Source: Octopus sinensis | Taxonomy: Eukaryota | Direction of reading: 5' to 3' | Length of the DNA stretch: 64,000 bases | Assembly (NCBI RefSeq): GCF_006345805.1 | Contig: NC_043004.1 | Span: forward strand, 33,914,001-33,978,000 | Shown: piece after piece, positions 51,661 through 64,000 of the stretch | Layout of the letters: every line of letters begins with the position of its first letter | Position numbering within the stretch: position 1 is the stretch's first letter | Notes under the pieces: model-generated | What the model saw: only the letters and a program-made list of their open reading frames with translations | Database searches by the model: none | What the model was told of the DNA's origin: nothing | Position numbers and translations under genes: made by a program

Positions 51661-52794
51661 GTTATACAAATTTCATTGTTTTCATTACCAATTGCAATCA
51701 ACAAACTAATGTCCCTATTCTAGCCATTAGTTCTGTCAGTTTTATAACTACAGGCATTTGTTGCAGATGTTAGTTTTCACAGGAACAGAATCAAGTGAAT
51801 AGAATATACAATATTAATACAATGTCTGTCAGCATGGAAACTAATTTAAGATGGTCTGCTTAAAGAATTCACATAAATATTGATAATCATTTCAGAATTT
51901 ACAAAATTTCAGTCCAAATTGATTTTTAACTTTTATTTAATCAATGGAAATTTTTATTTTTCCCCAGCTGAACAATTTATGAGTTTAAACAACTGCATCA
52001 AATAAATTCAATTGAAATCATAAATCTAATTGGTAGTTAAGATTGTTTATTTAAATAATGAACTAAACTGGCTTATCTGTATTTATTGTCCCCAATGAAT
52101 TTAAATTTGTTGGGAATTTCTCAAACTGTTTAAATTGTTGTAAAGCTTTGTACAAACCTTTCATTAGCACAAAAAAGCAATTATCAGAAGCCGTTTACAG
52201 AAAAAGGAAAACAAGGACAAACAGACGAATAAAACAAAAAAAAAACAAACAAAAGTAAACAAAAGTTTGTGAATAATAAAAAGATTAGTTCTGCTAAGTT
52301 GGCTTACAAATACTCATATTTTGGTTGCCACCATTTTTAAAGTACAAAAACAACAATATTGAAAACAAAATGTGTGAAATGAAATTTCGCAATTCCTGTA
52401 AAATAATTACTTTCACAATGAAGATTATCTGTATAAATTCCAAATGTTTGACTTGCGCATATAATCTACGTTTGCTCATTTTGTGTTTGTGCTCTTTCTT
52501 TATTGAAAATAGTTGGTTTTAGAGCAACATTCAACATCTTTCTCGCACATACATAGATACATATATATTTATATATATATATATATATTTATGTCTGTAC
52601 ACACACGCACATGTAAATATGCGTGTGAATATGTTTACATGCAGACATAATTCAGACATATGTGTATGTGTGTGTGCATGTATAAACTTTGTATGTGTGA
52701 AAGTTGTATAAGTGTAAATACATGTATATGTTTGCATAGATACATATATTTAACACATATATATGTATGTCTGTAAATTTATATGTGTATTTAC

Positions 52795-52839
<45 letters not shown>

Positions 52840-53589
52840 TACATGCACACATACACACACACATATACGTACACACATTTACACATACATATATATATAT
52901 ACATGCACACACACACATATATATGTATATATATATATACATACACATACACACATGCTATATATACCCACAAACACACTCATGCACATATGTATGCATA
53001 AAATGTGAAAAGCTTTTTCTTTCAGACATATTTAATTAAAAACATGACTTTACAATGTTTTACAATGTATTTTTTATTTTTGGAATATTTTTTTTTGTTA
53101 TCAATTTCTTTATTTACATTGGCAAGTTTTTAAATAAATTTTCCCAGATTTATCCTATTGGTATTTCAAGGTCACATAATCCTATCGTCAAACATGACCT
53201 TCAATATAATGACAAATAGCGTGTTCAATATGATTATACAACGCTTCTTATATCAGTTATTATAGGATATTGTATGAAGTATGCATATTGATAGAATGGC
53301 AATAATCGAAAAATATTTATGCATTCATATTTACTACTTTTGTGTAAATGTTGTTATTTTGTGCATAAGATCTTATAAATGCTAATGGTACATCATTCTA
53401 GAATGCACTGCATTGTAACAGCTGTATAGTCAACTCAGAGCAATGTGTTGTGCAAGTACAATCAATGTAACATAGATTTTCATGTTTGAGGAGTGGTGTA
53501 AGTTTTAATGCTTATGTAGAATACATCTGTCTCCTGCCATTCTTCTCTACAAACATAGACATATGTATGCATGTATGTGTCTTCTATTT

Positions 53590-54965
53590 TTTAATTATTA
53601 TAAATCTTCCACTGAGGTTGAAGCCAGGTTCCAACAAAGACACAAGGCTCCATCTTTGGGGTGTATTTAACATAGACAAATTCATATTTGGAATTTTAGA
53701 AAAGCCTTGCATATTTTTACTGTTCCACTCACAGATTGCACTTGTAATGTATGAGTTAGCTGGTCAGTTTCTCTTTCTGAAATCCAAGTTTATCTATATT
53801 CTCCTTTAAGCATTTACTAACAAAACCCAGTGCTCCAATTACTATTGGTAGGAATATGAATTCATATTCTTGATATAGAAGCTGGCAGTGTCAAAGCAGT
53901 TGTCCATAGATATCCTCTTTTCCTTTGATTTTCAAAGAGATATTTATATCTGCAGGGCAGCTGACCTCTATGATGGTACATACCTTTACCCCTCTGTCCC
54001 AAACGACAATATCCAGTCTGTTATGTTTACATATATCAGAAGTTTTGATGGGAATATTCCACCAGTATTCCTTAAGTTGGTGTTTACAAATGCATTCCAT
54101 AAAAGACAGATTTTCTAAGTTTATGTCAGGACAGTCATTTTTGTGGATGGCATCTTGAATTGTTTTAGCAACATCATCATGCCGCATAGAGAGGCAGTAC
54201 CATGATGAAATATTAGGACAGTTGTTAATCACATGCATAATGTCTTCCACAGAAACATGACATAGACTACAGATGCGGTTGCACCTTGGAGTTTACAAGA
54301 GCGTCACTGTCTGTTTTGTTCACCAGGTAATACCAGTAATACCAGTAACACCACTGGCAATCTTCTGTTCCTGGATTGCAAACGCATAGCCATCAAAGTG
54401 TGATGTGATGTAGTGGTCTTGTGTCCAAGAGAGGCTGTGCTTTGTGTCAATTATACTGTCTTCTTCAAGCTTCCATGCAACATACCCATGCATAGTCTTT
54501 TTTTTTGTATGCTGAGTGCTTTCCATCCAGCTGTTTGGGAGCTGTATAGGAGAGTGTTTCTTGAGGGCTGAAGTGTGTGTTTCTTGAGGAGTTCACTGCC
54601 ACCTCATACAATGTTGCTCACTTCACTTTTCAGGACTGCATTTATATATTTATTTTTGCTGCTGTTCTTCAGCAGGTGCTGCCTGAGTGACATCATATGG
54701 CATTCAAAGGCCATCTACACTGACCTCATGCCTCTACCGCCTTCATTTCTTCTTAGGTAGAGCCTGTCAGCCTCACTGTTTCTGTGGAAGTTCCCAGTTG
54801 TTGTCAGGATTTTGCGGGTTTTGATATCTATGGAGTGAATTTTCTCTGTAGACCAATCAAGTATCCCAAATGTTGGGATCAGCACTGGTACCGCAAATGC
54901 ATTGTGGCATATTGTTTTGTTGTAAGAGGAGAGCTCCCACTGCCATATTTTCCTAAGTCTAGCAT
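53590..54965 (-). pseudogene. 5'-truncated R4/Dong-type non-LTR element (RT thumb, CCHC finger, RLE)
   Basis: NAFAVPVLIPTFGILDW...RLYLRRNEGGRG; EDIMHVINNC...RHDDVA...NRLDIVVWDRGVKVCTIIEVSCPAD...KEDIYGQL. Confidence 0.85.
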
Positions 54966-55416
54966 ACATGTATGTATGTATGTATGTATGTATGTATGTA
55001 TGTATGTATATATGTATGAATGCATGTATGTATGTATGTATGTATGTATGTATGTATGTGTGTGTATGTGTGTATGTGTGTATGTATGTATGTATGTATG
55101 TATGTATGTATGTATGCAAGTGTATATTTATGCGTGTATATGTGTGTATGTATGCATGTATGGGGAACAGCTTCCTTTTTTTATATATTGCATTTATAAC
55201 ATGATATTCTAAAGATGTAAAACACTTTAACTTTTTCAAAAATGTTGACTGTGACTTCAAAGTTTTGGCTTTGCTCATTTTCATCAGACACTCTGATGAA
55301 AGCCAACAAGCCGAGACGTCAAAGACTTCAAAGTCATTGCCAATATTTTCCTAGTAAGAGTATAATAAACACGTACTCTACAAAAGATATTGGGGTAGTC
55401 ATTCAGCTTAATGTAC

Positions 55417-55457
<41 letters not shown>

Positions 55458-55473
55458 TATATATATATATATT

Positions 55474-55990
55474 GCTTGCAAAGACCTGTTGAGGCAAGTG
55501 AAATCGAAATCAAATTCGATGACTGGCATCCATACTAGTGGAGTGCTAAGAGCACCATCCGAGTGTGATCATTGCCAGAGCTACTGACTAGCTTCCGTGC
55601 CGGTGGCATGTAAAAAGCACCAGTCGAGCATGATTATTACCAGTGTTGCCTTACTGGCACTTGTGCCGGTGGCACATGAAAAAACATTCGAGTGAAGTCA
55701 TTGCCAGTGACGCTGGACTAGCTCCTGTGCAGGTGGCACATAAAAAGCACTATTTGAGCATGGCCGTTGCCAGTACCGCCTGACTGGCTCTCATGCCAGT
55801 GGCATGTAAAAGAACCCACTACACTTTTGGAGTGGTTGGCATTAGGAAGGGCATCCAGCTGTAGAAACTCTGCCAAAGCAGACAGCAGAGCTTGGTGCCA
55901 TCCTCTCACTTACCAGTTCCTGTCAAACCATCCAACCGATGCCGGCACAGAAAAAACATATGTTAAAAATGATAATGACTATAGTGATGA
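55474..55990 (+). mobile_element. Long family C repeat
   Basis: Multiple ggcacgtaaaaagcacc units plus the aagggcatccagctgtagaaac tail. Confidence 0.8.
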
Positions 55991-56634
55991 CGATAATGTG
56001 TATATACATATGTGCGTGTGTGTGTGTGTGTGTGTCTGTGTTTGTGTATATAGGGCATATATGTATACATATATATATGTATATATTATATGTGTGTGTA
56101 AGAGTTATACACTGAGGGAAAGCCACTAAGTGGTTTTCCATCATGCTAGAAATGGGAGTTAAATTCCAAATCATGAAAAATTTTATACATATATATAGAG
56201 AGAGGGGAGGAAGAAGGAGGAGGAAGAAGGGGGAGGAGGAGGGAGATGGGGAGAGAGGGAGAGAAAAAGAGGGAGAGAAAAAGAGGGAGAGTGTGTTCTT
56301 TTACTGATTCCTCTTCCAAGTCGTTCTTCTCTGTACATATGAAATGTATTTCATATAATAAATGTTTTAAATATAGTCTTTTTTTAAAGTCAAAACAATG
56401 CAAGTTATAAAACATTAACAATATGGTCGATGGTCAGTGTTGTTACCTGATATTTCAATATTCCTCAGTTAGGACCCTTCATGTACACATACTACACTGC
56501 AGAGAAGTCAGTTATCATCACCGTTTCAGTTGATTTCCTGAAGAAGGGATCTTAACACTGGAATATTGATATACCAGGCAAAAGTACAAACGATTGACAT
56601 GTATTATTAAATTTGTTTTGACTTTTAAGACATA

Positions 56635-57037
56635 TACTCTTTTACTTGCTTCAGTCAGTTGACTGCGGCCATGCTGGAGCACCGCCTTTAGTCGAGCAAC
56701 TCGACCCCGGGACTTATTCTTTGTAAGCCCAGTACTTATTCTATCGGTCTCTTTTGCCGAACCGCTAAGTGACAGGGACATAAACACACCAGCATCAGTT
56801 GTCAAGCAATGCTAGGGGGACAAACACAGACACACAAACACACATGCACATATATATATATACATATATACTACGACAGGCTTCTTTCAGTTTCCGTCTA
56901 CCAAATTCACTAACAAGGCTTTGGTCGGCGCGAGGCTATAGTAGAAGACACTTGCCCAAGATGCCATGCAGTGGGACTGAACCCGGAACCATGTGGTTGG
57001 TTAGCAAGCTACTTACCACACAGCCACTCCTGCGCCT
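56635..57037 (-). mobile_element. Full-length SINE family A
   Basis: Matches the family A consensus. Confidence 0.9.
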
Positions 57038-57680
57038 ATATATTCAAAATATTTATATATATATATGTCAAACAATGCTTTGTATAAACTACATGACTCT
57101 GTTTCATATAGAATCATGTTGATAACTCTTGGTAGAGCCAGTCTGTTTCTGAAAGCGAGGAAGTCTTATTACTCGGAACTTCAGCATCTCTTTATCAGGA
57201 GGAAAAAAAAAAACAATGCAAAAATGTGAAGCAAGTTCAGTGTAATACGTCTAGATGTGACTGCCCGATAGGGGATACGATACATTTGTAAGATGTGACA
57301 AAGATACAGAATGTAAAACAGATACAAGACGTAATACAAAATATAGAGACGGACAGAAGTAGATGAAACAGTGATACAAGACATTGCACAAGTACAATGT
57401 AGAATTAGATTACAAGATGCAAAGTTCAAAACAAAAAAATGGATGGAGAAATTAATAGCAAGAAACCCTGTGGAATATTTAATGGCTTTATTTCTTTTTT
57501 TTTTTTTTTTACCATTTTTAATATTGTAACAAATTCTGATAATAGAAGACATTGCCTTAATGATTCATATATATTCATACAATATTTCAATATTTCCATC
57601 ATCAAATTTTTGTTATTAATGCATTATAAATTTGTACTTTAATACATATATATATATGTGTGTGTGTGTATATATATATA

Positions 57681-57731
<51 letters not shown>

Positions 57732-58089
57732 GTAAGTATATATATATATATGTATGTATGGATGGATGGTTGGATGGATGGATGGATGTATGTATCTTAT
57801 TAAATCTTTTTAATCTTCTGCATTGTATTTCCTATTGTACAAATAACTTACACACAAAATCTAATTTTATAACCCTCCATCAATATAAACTGTGTCCAGT
57901 GGCATTTATTATTAACATAAGTGAAAGTGGGTAAATTGCAAGAATCGTTAGAGCATCAAATAAACCAACTTGTGTTATTGATTCTGGATGCTACATTTGG
58001 GGCTCAAATCTTGCTGAATTCAATTAATGTATTCATCAACATCATCATCATCATCATCATCATCATTGTCATCGTCATCATTGTCGTGA

Positions 58090-58330
58090 TTGTTGTCATC
58101 ATTTAATATCTGTTTTCCATGCTGGTATGGGTTGGATGGTTTGACTGAGGGCTGGCAAGCCAAGAGGCTGCACCAGGCTCCGATCTGATCTGGCAAGGTT
58201 TCTACAGCTGGATAGTGTAGTGGGTGCTTCTTAGATGCCACCGGCACAGGAGCCAGTCAGGGGGAACTGGCACCGGCCACATTCAGATGGTGCTTTTTAC
58301 ATGCCACTGGCACAGACGGAACAGGTATGA
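58090..58330 (-). mobile_element. Family C repeat
   Basis: Reverse complement of the family C tail with (CAT)n. Confidence 0.75.
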
Positions 58331-58793
58331 GTTATGACTACGATTTCTCTTGGTTTGACAGGTCTTCTCAAGCATAGGATATTGCCCAATATTTGAAGGG
58401 TGCTTTTAATGGGCCACTTATGTGACACTGGCATCGGTCATTTTACATCCATCATTCTGTGTTGATAGAATTTGACAGTATCTGACCATTTGTTGCTCTT
58501 TGTCCTCCTTTTGTACAAAGAGCAACAAAGAACAAAAAAAAAACTGATCATCTTAGTTGTGTACCCTTTTCATCCCCAAGATTGGGTACATCTCCTCAGT
58601 CCACAAACACTAGTCATGTTATCCTTGACCGGAGGCACAGGTGGCTGTGTGGTAAGACGCTGGCTTCCCAATCACAGACTTCAAGGTTAACTTTACTGTG
58701 TGGCACATTGGGCAAGTGTCTGCTACAATAATCTCATGGTGACCAAAGCCTTGTGAGTGGATTTGGTAGATGGAAACTGGAAAAAACTTATTG

Positions 58794-58824
<31 letters not shown>

Positions 58825-59036
58825 GTATATGTATATATATATATATGTATATATATATTGCAAATAAGAAAATGGAGAAGCACAATAGTTGGTTCATCAA
58901 CTTTAGGACATTAAAATGTTAACTTATTTATTTATTAATATGATAATTATAATGACATACATACATATAGTATATTATTCTTTGCATATAAAATAAGAAT
59001 ACAAACAATTATTAAAAAACATGAATATAAATTATT

Positions 59037-59168
59037 AAAATCACTTACAGCTGTTTCAGCCCATAGATAAAAGCATCTCATTCTGCCTATATTAGTCAAG
59101 TGTATTGAGCTAATAGGCAGTTGAAAATGAGGTACTCATATATATCTCTAGGCCTCGTCAGAGATTAT
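59037..59168 (-). ncRNA. Type-I hammerhead ribozyme-like motif with extended stem II
   Basis: Minus strand: CTGACGA (59161-59155), GGCCTAGAGATA...TATCTATGGGCT stem II, GAAAC-AGCT-GTA (59057-59046); stem I imperfect. Confidence 0.6.
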
Positions 59169-59316
59169 AAAGTACAATCATAAAAATATAAATATAAATA
59201 TAAAACAAAATACACACACATTTGAATGACCCACAATCCCTAACTTTCTGGAGTTATATATATAATATATATATATATTATATAGATAGATAGATAGATA
59301 GATAGATAAATAGATG

Positions 59317-59367
<51 letters not shown>

Positions 59368-59385
59368 GGATGGATGGATAGACAG

Positions 59386-60394
59386 ATATGTTTCTTTATT
59401 AGCCACACAGGGCTGCACACAGATAGAACAAATTACAAGGTAGAGCTTTTCTTTTGGGGGTAAAAAAAGGGAGTGGTGGTTTTCGATCAAAAGGGATTGT
59501 AAAAGGAAAGAAAGAGGACAAAAAAAAAGGGAGGGGTTAAAAAAAGGGGGGGGAATGCAAAAAAAAAAAATGAATAATAGGGATCATTATCACAGAAATG
59601 TCAATATGAAGTGTAAAGGGGAGGACAGGTGAGGTTTACCCATGGAAAGAAAAGCCTACGGAAAAGACCACGGTAACCTCGGTGAATGAAGTCACATTGC
59701 AAATAAGCAACTCTCTGTATTAATTTTTACGGTTCATAGAATCATAGTCAAGGTGGCTTCATCATTCATACGTGCCATCCTTGCTACATTCACCCATCTT
59801 TTTTTAAAACATTCACTAGACAAAACTTGCCTCTCTACTCTCACTTTTTTCTTCAAGTGATACTTGAAGAAGTTGATGAGAGATTGACCAGAGAGGAAAG
59901 TGTTTGTCTCTAATCCTTTCAGGCGCATCCACCAGATACATTCTTTCGCCATAGCCACAAGTATGATACAAATAGCTCTTCCTTCCTGTCTGAAGGAAGG
60001 AGGCGTGACGATATTAACGATAGACTCGGCTGATAAACCGACTCGTCCCACACGTGACAGCAGTCGTTCGACATAAGCCCACAGGTGGGAAATTGCTAGA
60101 CACTGCACGATTGCGTGCAGAGCGGTTTCGTCGCTCTGCCCGCATCTCGGGCAGGTCGGCCCCGTGTTTCTCGAGTCATGCCTATAGAGCTTATCCCGAA
60201 CGGGTAGCGCTTCTCAGTAGCACCGCCAGGCCAGGGATCTCTGGAAGTTGTCCATAGGTCCCGGGCCAAAAGTCATTTGAAACAGGCGGGTCAGGTATTC
60301 CTCGTCGACGCCCAGGTTTGCCCCGAGCTCGTCGTCGTACCTCTCCTCCACTAATCCCCTATAGAATGCTTTGGTTGTGTTGAAGTCACTCAAA
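59386..60394 (-). mobile_element. 5'-truncated Tx1/L1-clade LINE flanked on both sides by (GATA)n
   Basis: FYRGLVEERYDDELGANLG...MDNFQRSLAWRCY and QCLAISHLWAYVERLL...RWVNVARMARMND; AATAAAGAAAC 3' end. Confidence 0.9.
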
Positions 60395-60756
60395 GATAGA
60401 TAGATAGATTGATAGATAGATGGATGGATGGATGGATAGATAGATAGATAGGTAGGTAGATAGATAGATAGACAGATAGATAGATAGGTAGATACACATA
60501 TGCATGTGTGTTTTTGTGTCTGCAATTGGTGTAGGTGTATTTACATCCCTGTAACTTAGCAGTTCAGCAAAAGACACTAACAAAATAAATACCAGACATA
60601 AAGAAAAAAATAAGTTCTGGGGTTGATTGATTTGACTAAAAATTCTTCAAGTGACACTCCAGCATGACCGCAGTCTCATGACTGAAACAAAGAGAAAATA
60701 AAGATAAAAGGTAAAGATATAGGCGTAAAGATATAAAAGATAAAGATATAGGTATA

Positions 60757-61160
60757 GGAGTGGCTGTGTGGTAAGTAGCTTGCTTACCAACCACATGGTT
60801 CCGGGTTCAATCCCACTGTGTGGCACCTTGAGCAAGTGTCTTCTACTGTAGCCTCGGGCCGGCCAAAGCCTATTGGATTTGGTAGATGGAAACTGAAAGA
60901 AGCCCGTCGTATATATGTATATGTATATATATGTATGAGTATACGTTTGTGTGTCTGTGTTTGTCCCCACCAACATCACTTGAAAACCAACGCTGGTGTG
61001 TTTACATCCCCGTAACTTAGCAGTTCGGCAAAGAAGACTGATAGAATAAGTACTAGGCTTACAAAGAATAAGTCCTGGGGTCGATTTGCCCGACTAAAGG
61101 CGTTGCTCCAGCATGGCCACAGTCAAATGACTGAAACAAGTAAAAGAGTAAAAGAGTAAA
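60757..61160 (+). mobile_element. Full-length SINE family A
   Basis: Best-preserved copy, with an A/B-box head and (AAAGAGT)n tail. Confidence 0.9.
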
Positions 61161-61384
61161 AGGGGCTAAAACTAAATAGTGTTTTTTATGATGTTTCTTT
61201 TTTTTTTGGAGGTCTCAGGCATGGCTGTGTGGCAAAGAATTTTGCCTCAGAGTCATGTGGTTAAAGGTTTGTCTTCACCCAGTAGAATTTGTCAAGTAAC
61301 ATTCTATATTATAGCTTCAGACCAACCATTAACTTGTGAGGGGAAAATGGTAGACAGAAGCCAAAGATGTCTCTGTCATGAATG

Positions 61385-61805
61385 TGTGTGTGTGTGTGAG
61401 TAATGTGCACGTGTGTGTGTGTATGATGTGTGTGTGTGTATGATGTGTGTGTGATGTGTGTGTGATGTGTGTGTGTGATGTGTGTGTGTGATGTGATGTG
61501 TGTGTAATGTGTGTGTGTGTGTAATGTGTGTGTGTGATGTGTGTGTGTGTGTGATGCGTGTGTGATGTGTGTGTGTGTGTAATGTGTGTGTGTATGATGT
61601 GTGTGTGATGTGTGTGTGATGTGTGTGTGTGATGTGATGTGTGTGTAATGTGTGTGTGTGTGTGATGTGTGTGTGTGATGTGTGTGTGTGTGTGTAATGC
61701 GTGTGTGTGTGTGATGTGTGTGTAATGTGTGTGTGTGATGTGTGTTTGTGATGTGTGTGTGTGTGTATGTGATGTGTGTGTGATATGTGTGTGATGTGTG
61801 TGTAG
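61385..61805. repeat. (TG)n interrupted by periodic AT (GTGTGTGAT-type minisatellite)
   Basis: Directly visible. Confidence 0.9.
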
Positions 61806-62471
61806 CTATATTTCTCCTTTGTTTTTATATGTTTTCTGACTCTGAACAAAAACTAAAAAACGTGCCATTAACTCTCTTTTGGTGTATTTGTTGTTTAATA
61901 CATTCAGGCATAATAACTTTCACTGGAAACAGGCGAAGGTTGGTGACAGGAAGGGCACACCAACCAATGAAAATCTACCTCAACAACTACTCACTGACCC
62001 ATGCAAGCATGGAAAAGTGGATATTTAATTGAGGATGATGATGATGATGATAATGATGATAATGACGACGACGATAACGATGACGATGATGATGATGGTG
62101 ATGGTGATGATGGTGATAGTGATGATGGTGATGATGATGATGGTGATGATGATGATGATGATGATGATGGTAATTTCTAAGGCAAATGGACCATAAAATA
62201 ACTGAGTACCTGTTTAATCTGGAGTTTTACTGGAATATAATGTTATCTCTGTTATTGGAGGCTACAAATATGACAGTAGTCCCAGACAGCAGAAATGACA
62301 TTTTGGTAAGAAATATTCCATTTTTCTGAAATACTACATGATAAATTTTTTCTTTTATATTATTATGATACAAGTTATATAATGAACAACACACAAGCAT
62401 GCATGGTTTTGCGTCCAATTCTGCTTGTTAATGCTTTAGTATTTTTCCCTGTGTATGTATATATATATAGA

Positions 62472-62518
<47 letters not shown>

Positions 62519-62799
62519 TATATATATATATACAGGGAGAGTTCACAAAAAAAAAAAGATGAAGACAGGTGGTGTACAAAACAAACAGCTGTATTAGTAT
62601 AACACTCGGGAATAGAAAAAAGTCTTTTACATTTCAAGCCTACGCTCTTCTACAGAAAGTACACAGAAAAAAAAGGAGAGAAACACAGAGAGAAAAAAAG
62701 GAGAGAAAAAAAAGGAGAGAAAAACAAGGAGAGAAAAAATGTGTGTAGTGGCTAACAATCTATCATGGCGACTATATATATATATATATATAAGCACAA

Positions 62800-62974
62800 G
62801 AGTGGCTGCAGGATAAGTAGCTTGCTTACCAGCCACATGGTTCTTGGGGGTTCAGTCCCACTGCATGGCACCTTGGGCAAGTGTCTTCTACTATAGCCTC
62901 AGGCCCACCAAAGCCTTGTGAGTGGATTTGGTAGACGGAAATTGAAAGAAGCCTGTCGTATATATGTATATATA

Positions 62975-63031
<57 letters not shown>

Positions 63032-63395
63032 ATATACATATACACTCTCGGAGTGGTTGGCATTAGGAAGGGCATCCAGCTGTAGAAACACTGCCAGATC
63101 TGACTGGCCTGGTGCAGCCTTCGGGCTCCCCAGACCCCAGTTGAACTGTCCAACCCATGCTAGCATGGAAAGCGGACGTTAAACGATGATGATGATGTAT
63201 GTATGTGTGTGTGTGTATATGTTTGTGTGTCTGTGTTTGTCGCCCCCAACATCAGCATAACTTAGAAGTTCGGCAAAAGGGACTGATAGAATAAGTACTA
63301 GGCTTACAAAGAATAAGTCCTGGGATCGATTTGTTTGACTAAAGGCAATGCTCCAGCATAGCCACAGTCAAATGACTGAAACAAGTAAAAGAATA

Positions 63396-63398
<3 letters not shown>
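62800..63398 (+). mobile_element. SINE family A split by (TA)n and a family C tail (63045-63195)
   Basis: Family A 5' half at 62800-62960 and 3' half at 63200-63398, with the family C insertion between. Confidence 0.8.
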
Positions 63399-63427
<29 letters not shown>

Positions 63428-63649
63428 ATCATTACATCTTTATGTATGCGTTTGTATGAATACTGCATATGAAGATGTGTCTGTGCTTGTTTGAGTTCAA
63501 TGCTAGTGTGTGTGCTAGTCTGTGTGTCTGTGTGTGTATTTGCAAGGAGATGTTTCCATCTTTTGTTTGAGTGTGGTTAGATTGCAGCAGTTGATATTTG
63601 GTGTGTTTCCGGTGTGAGTATATCTATGTGTTTGTGTATGGTCATGTGC

Positions 63650-63698
<49 letters not shown>

Positions 63699-64000
63699 AG
63701 AGAGAGAGAGAGAGAGAGAGAAGAATAGATGAAGAAAGGGAAAGAGTGTGAGGAGGGAAGAGAGAGAAGGAGAGTGAAAGAGAGTGAGGAAGAGAGAGAG
63801 AAAGTATCAGAGAAATATTAACAGAAAGGGAGAGAGAGAAGGAGAGTGAAAGAGAGTGAGGAAGAGGGAGAGAAAGTATCAGAGAAACATTAACAGAGAG
63901 AGAGAGAGAAGAAGGATTGCTCTTGCTAATATTCTTGTAGAAAGTAAGTGAACCATGAAATACTTTCAGGCTAAGCTTTAGCTTGGAATCAAACATTAGT

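Overview
AT-rich, repeat-saturated eukaryotic DNA with no prokaryotic features. The SINE families, microsatellite load and LINE mix resemble an octopus/cephalopod genome (inference from recalled repeat families, not a database hit). Almost all long ORFs in the supplied track are microsatellite artefacts. The window contains: (i) a probable minus-strand spliced gene, with six small exons between 41945 and ~27544 that join in frame into a Cys-rich protein I cannot name, plus a separate candidate terminal exon cluster at 2447-2800; (ii) dozens of tRNA-derived SINEs in several families; (iii) decayed LINEs (Tx1/L1, R4/Dong-type RLE, RTE, CR1, Penelope-like); (iv) decayed DNA transposons (mariner, DD37D/maT-like Tc1, hAT, Helitron, Helentron-like) and foldback elements. 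The most interesting signal is a recurrent set of type-I minimal hammerhead ribozyme (HHR) motifs. They occur in (TA)n-embedded foldback elements, in a long-stem-II copy at 59 kb, and in a tRNA-headed SINE that also has an inverted copy of its own 3' end. Together these suggest a set of non-autonomous, Penelope-mobilised ribozyme retroelements. All alignments and folds were done by eye, and coordinates of decayed repeats are approximate.
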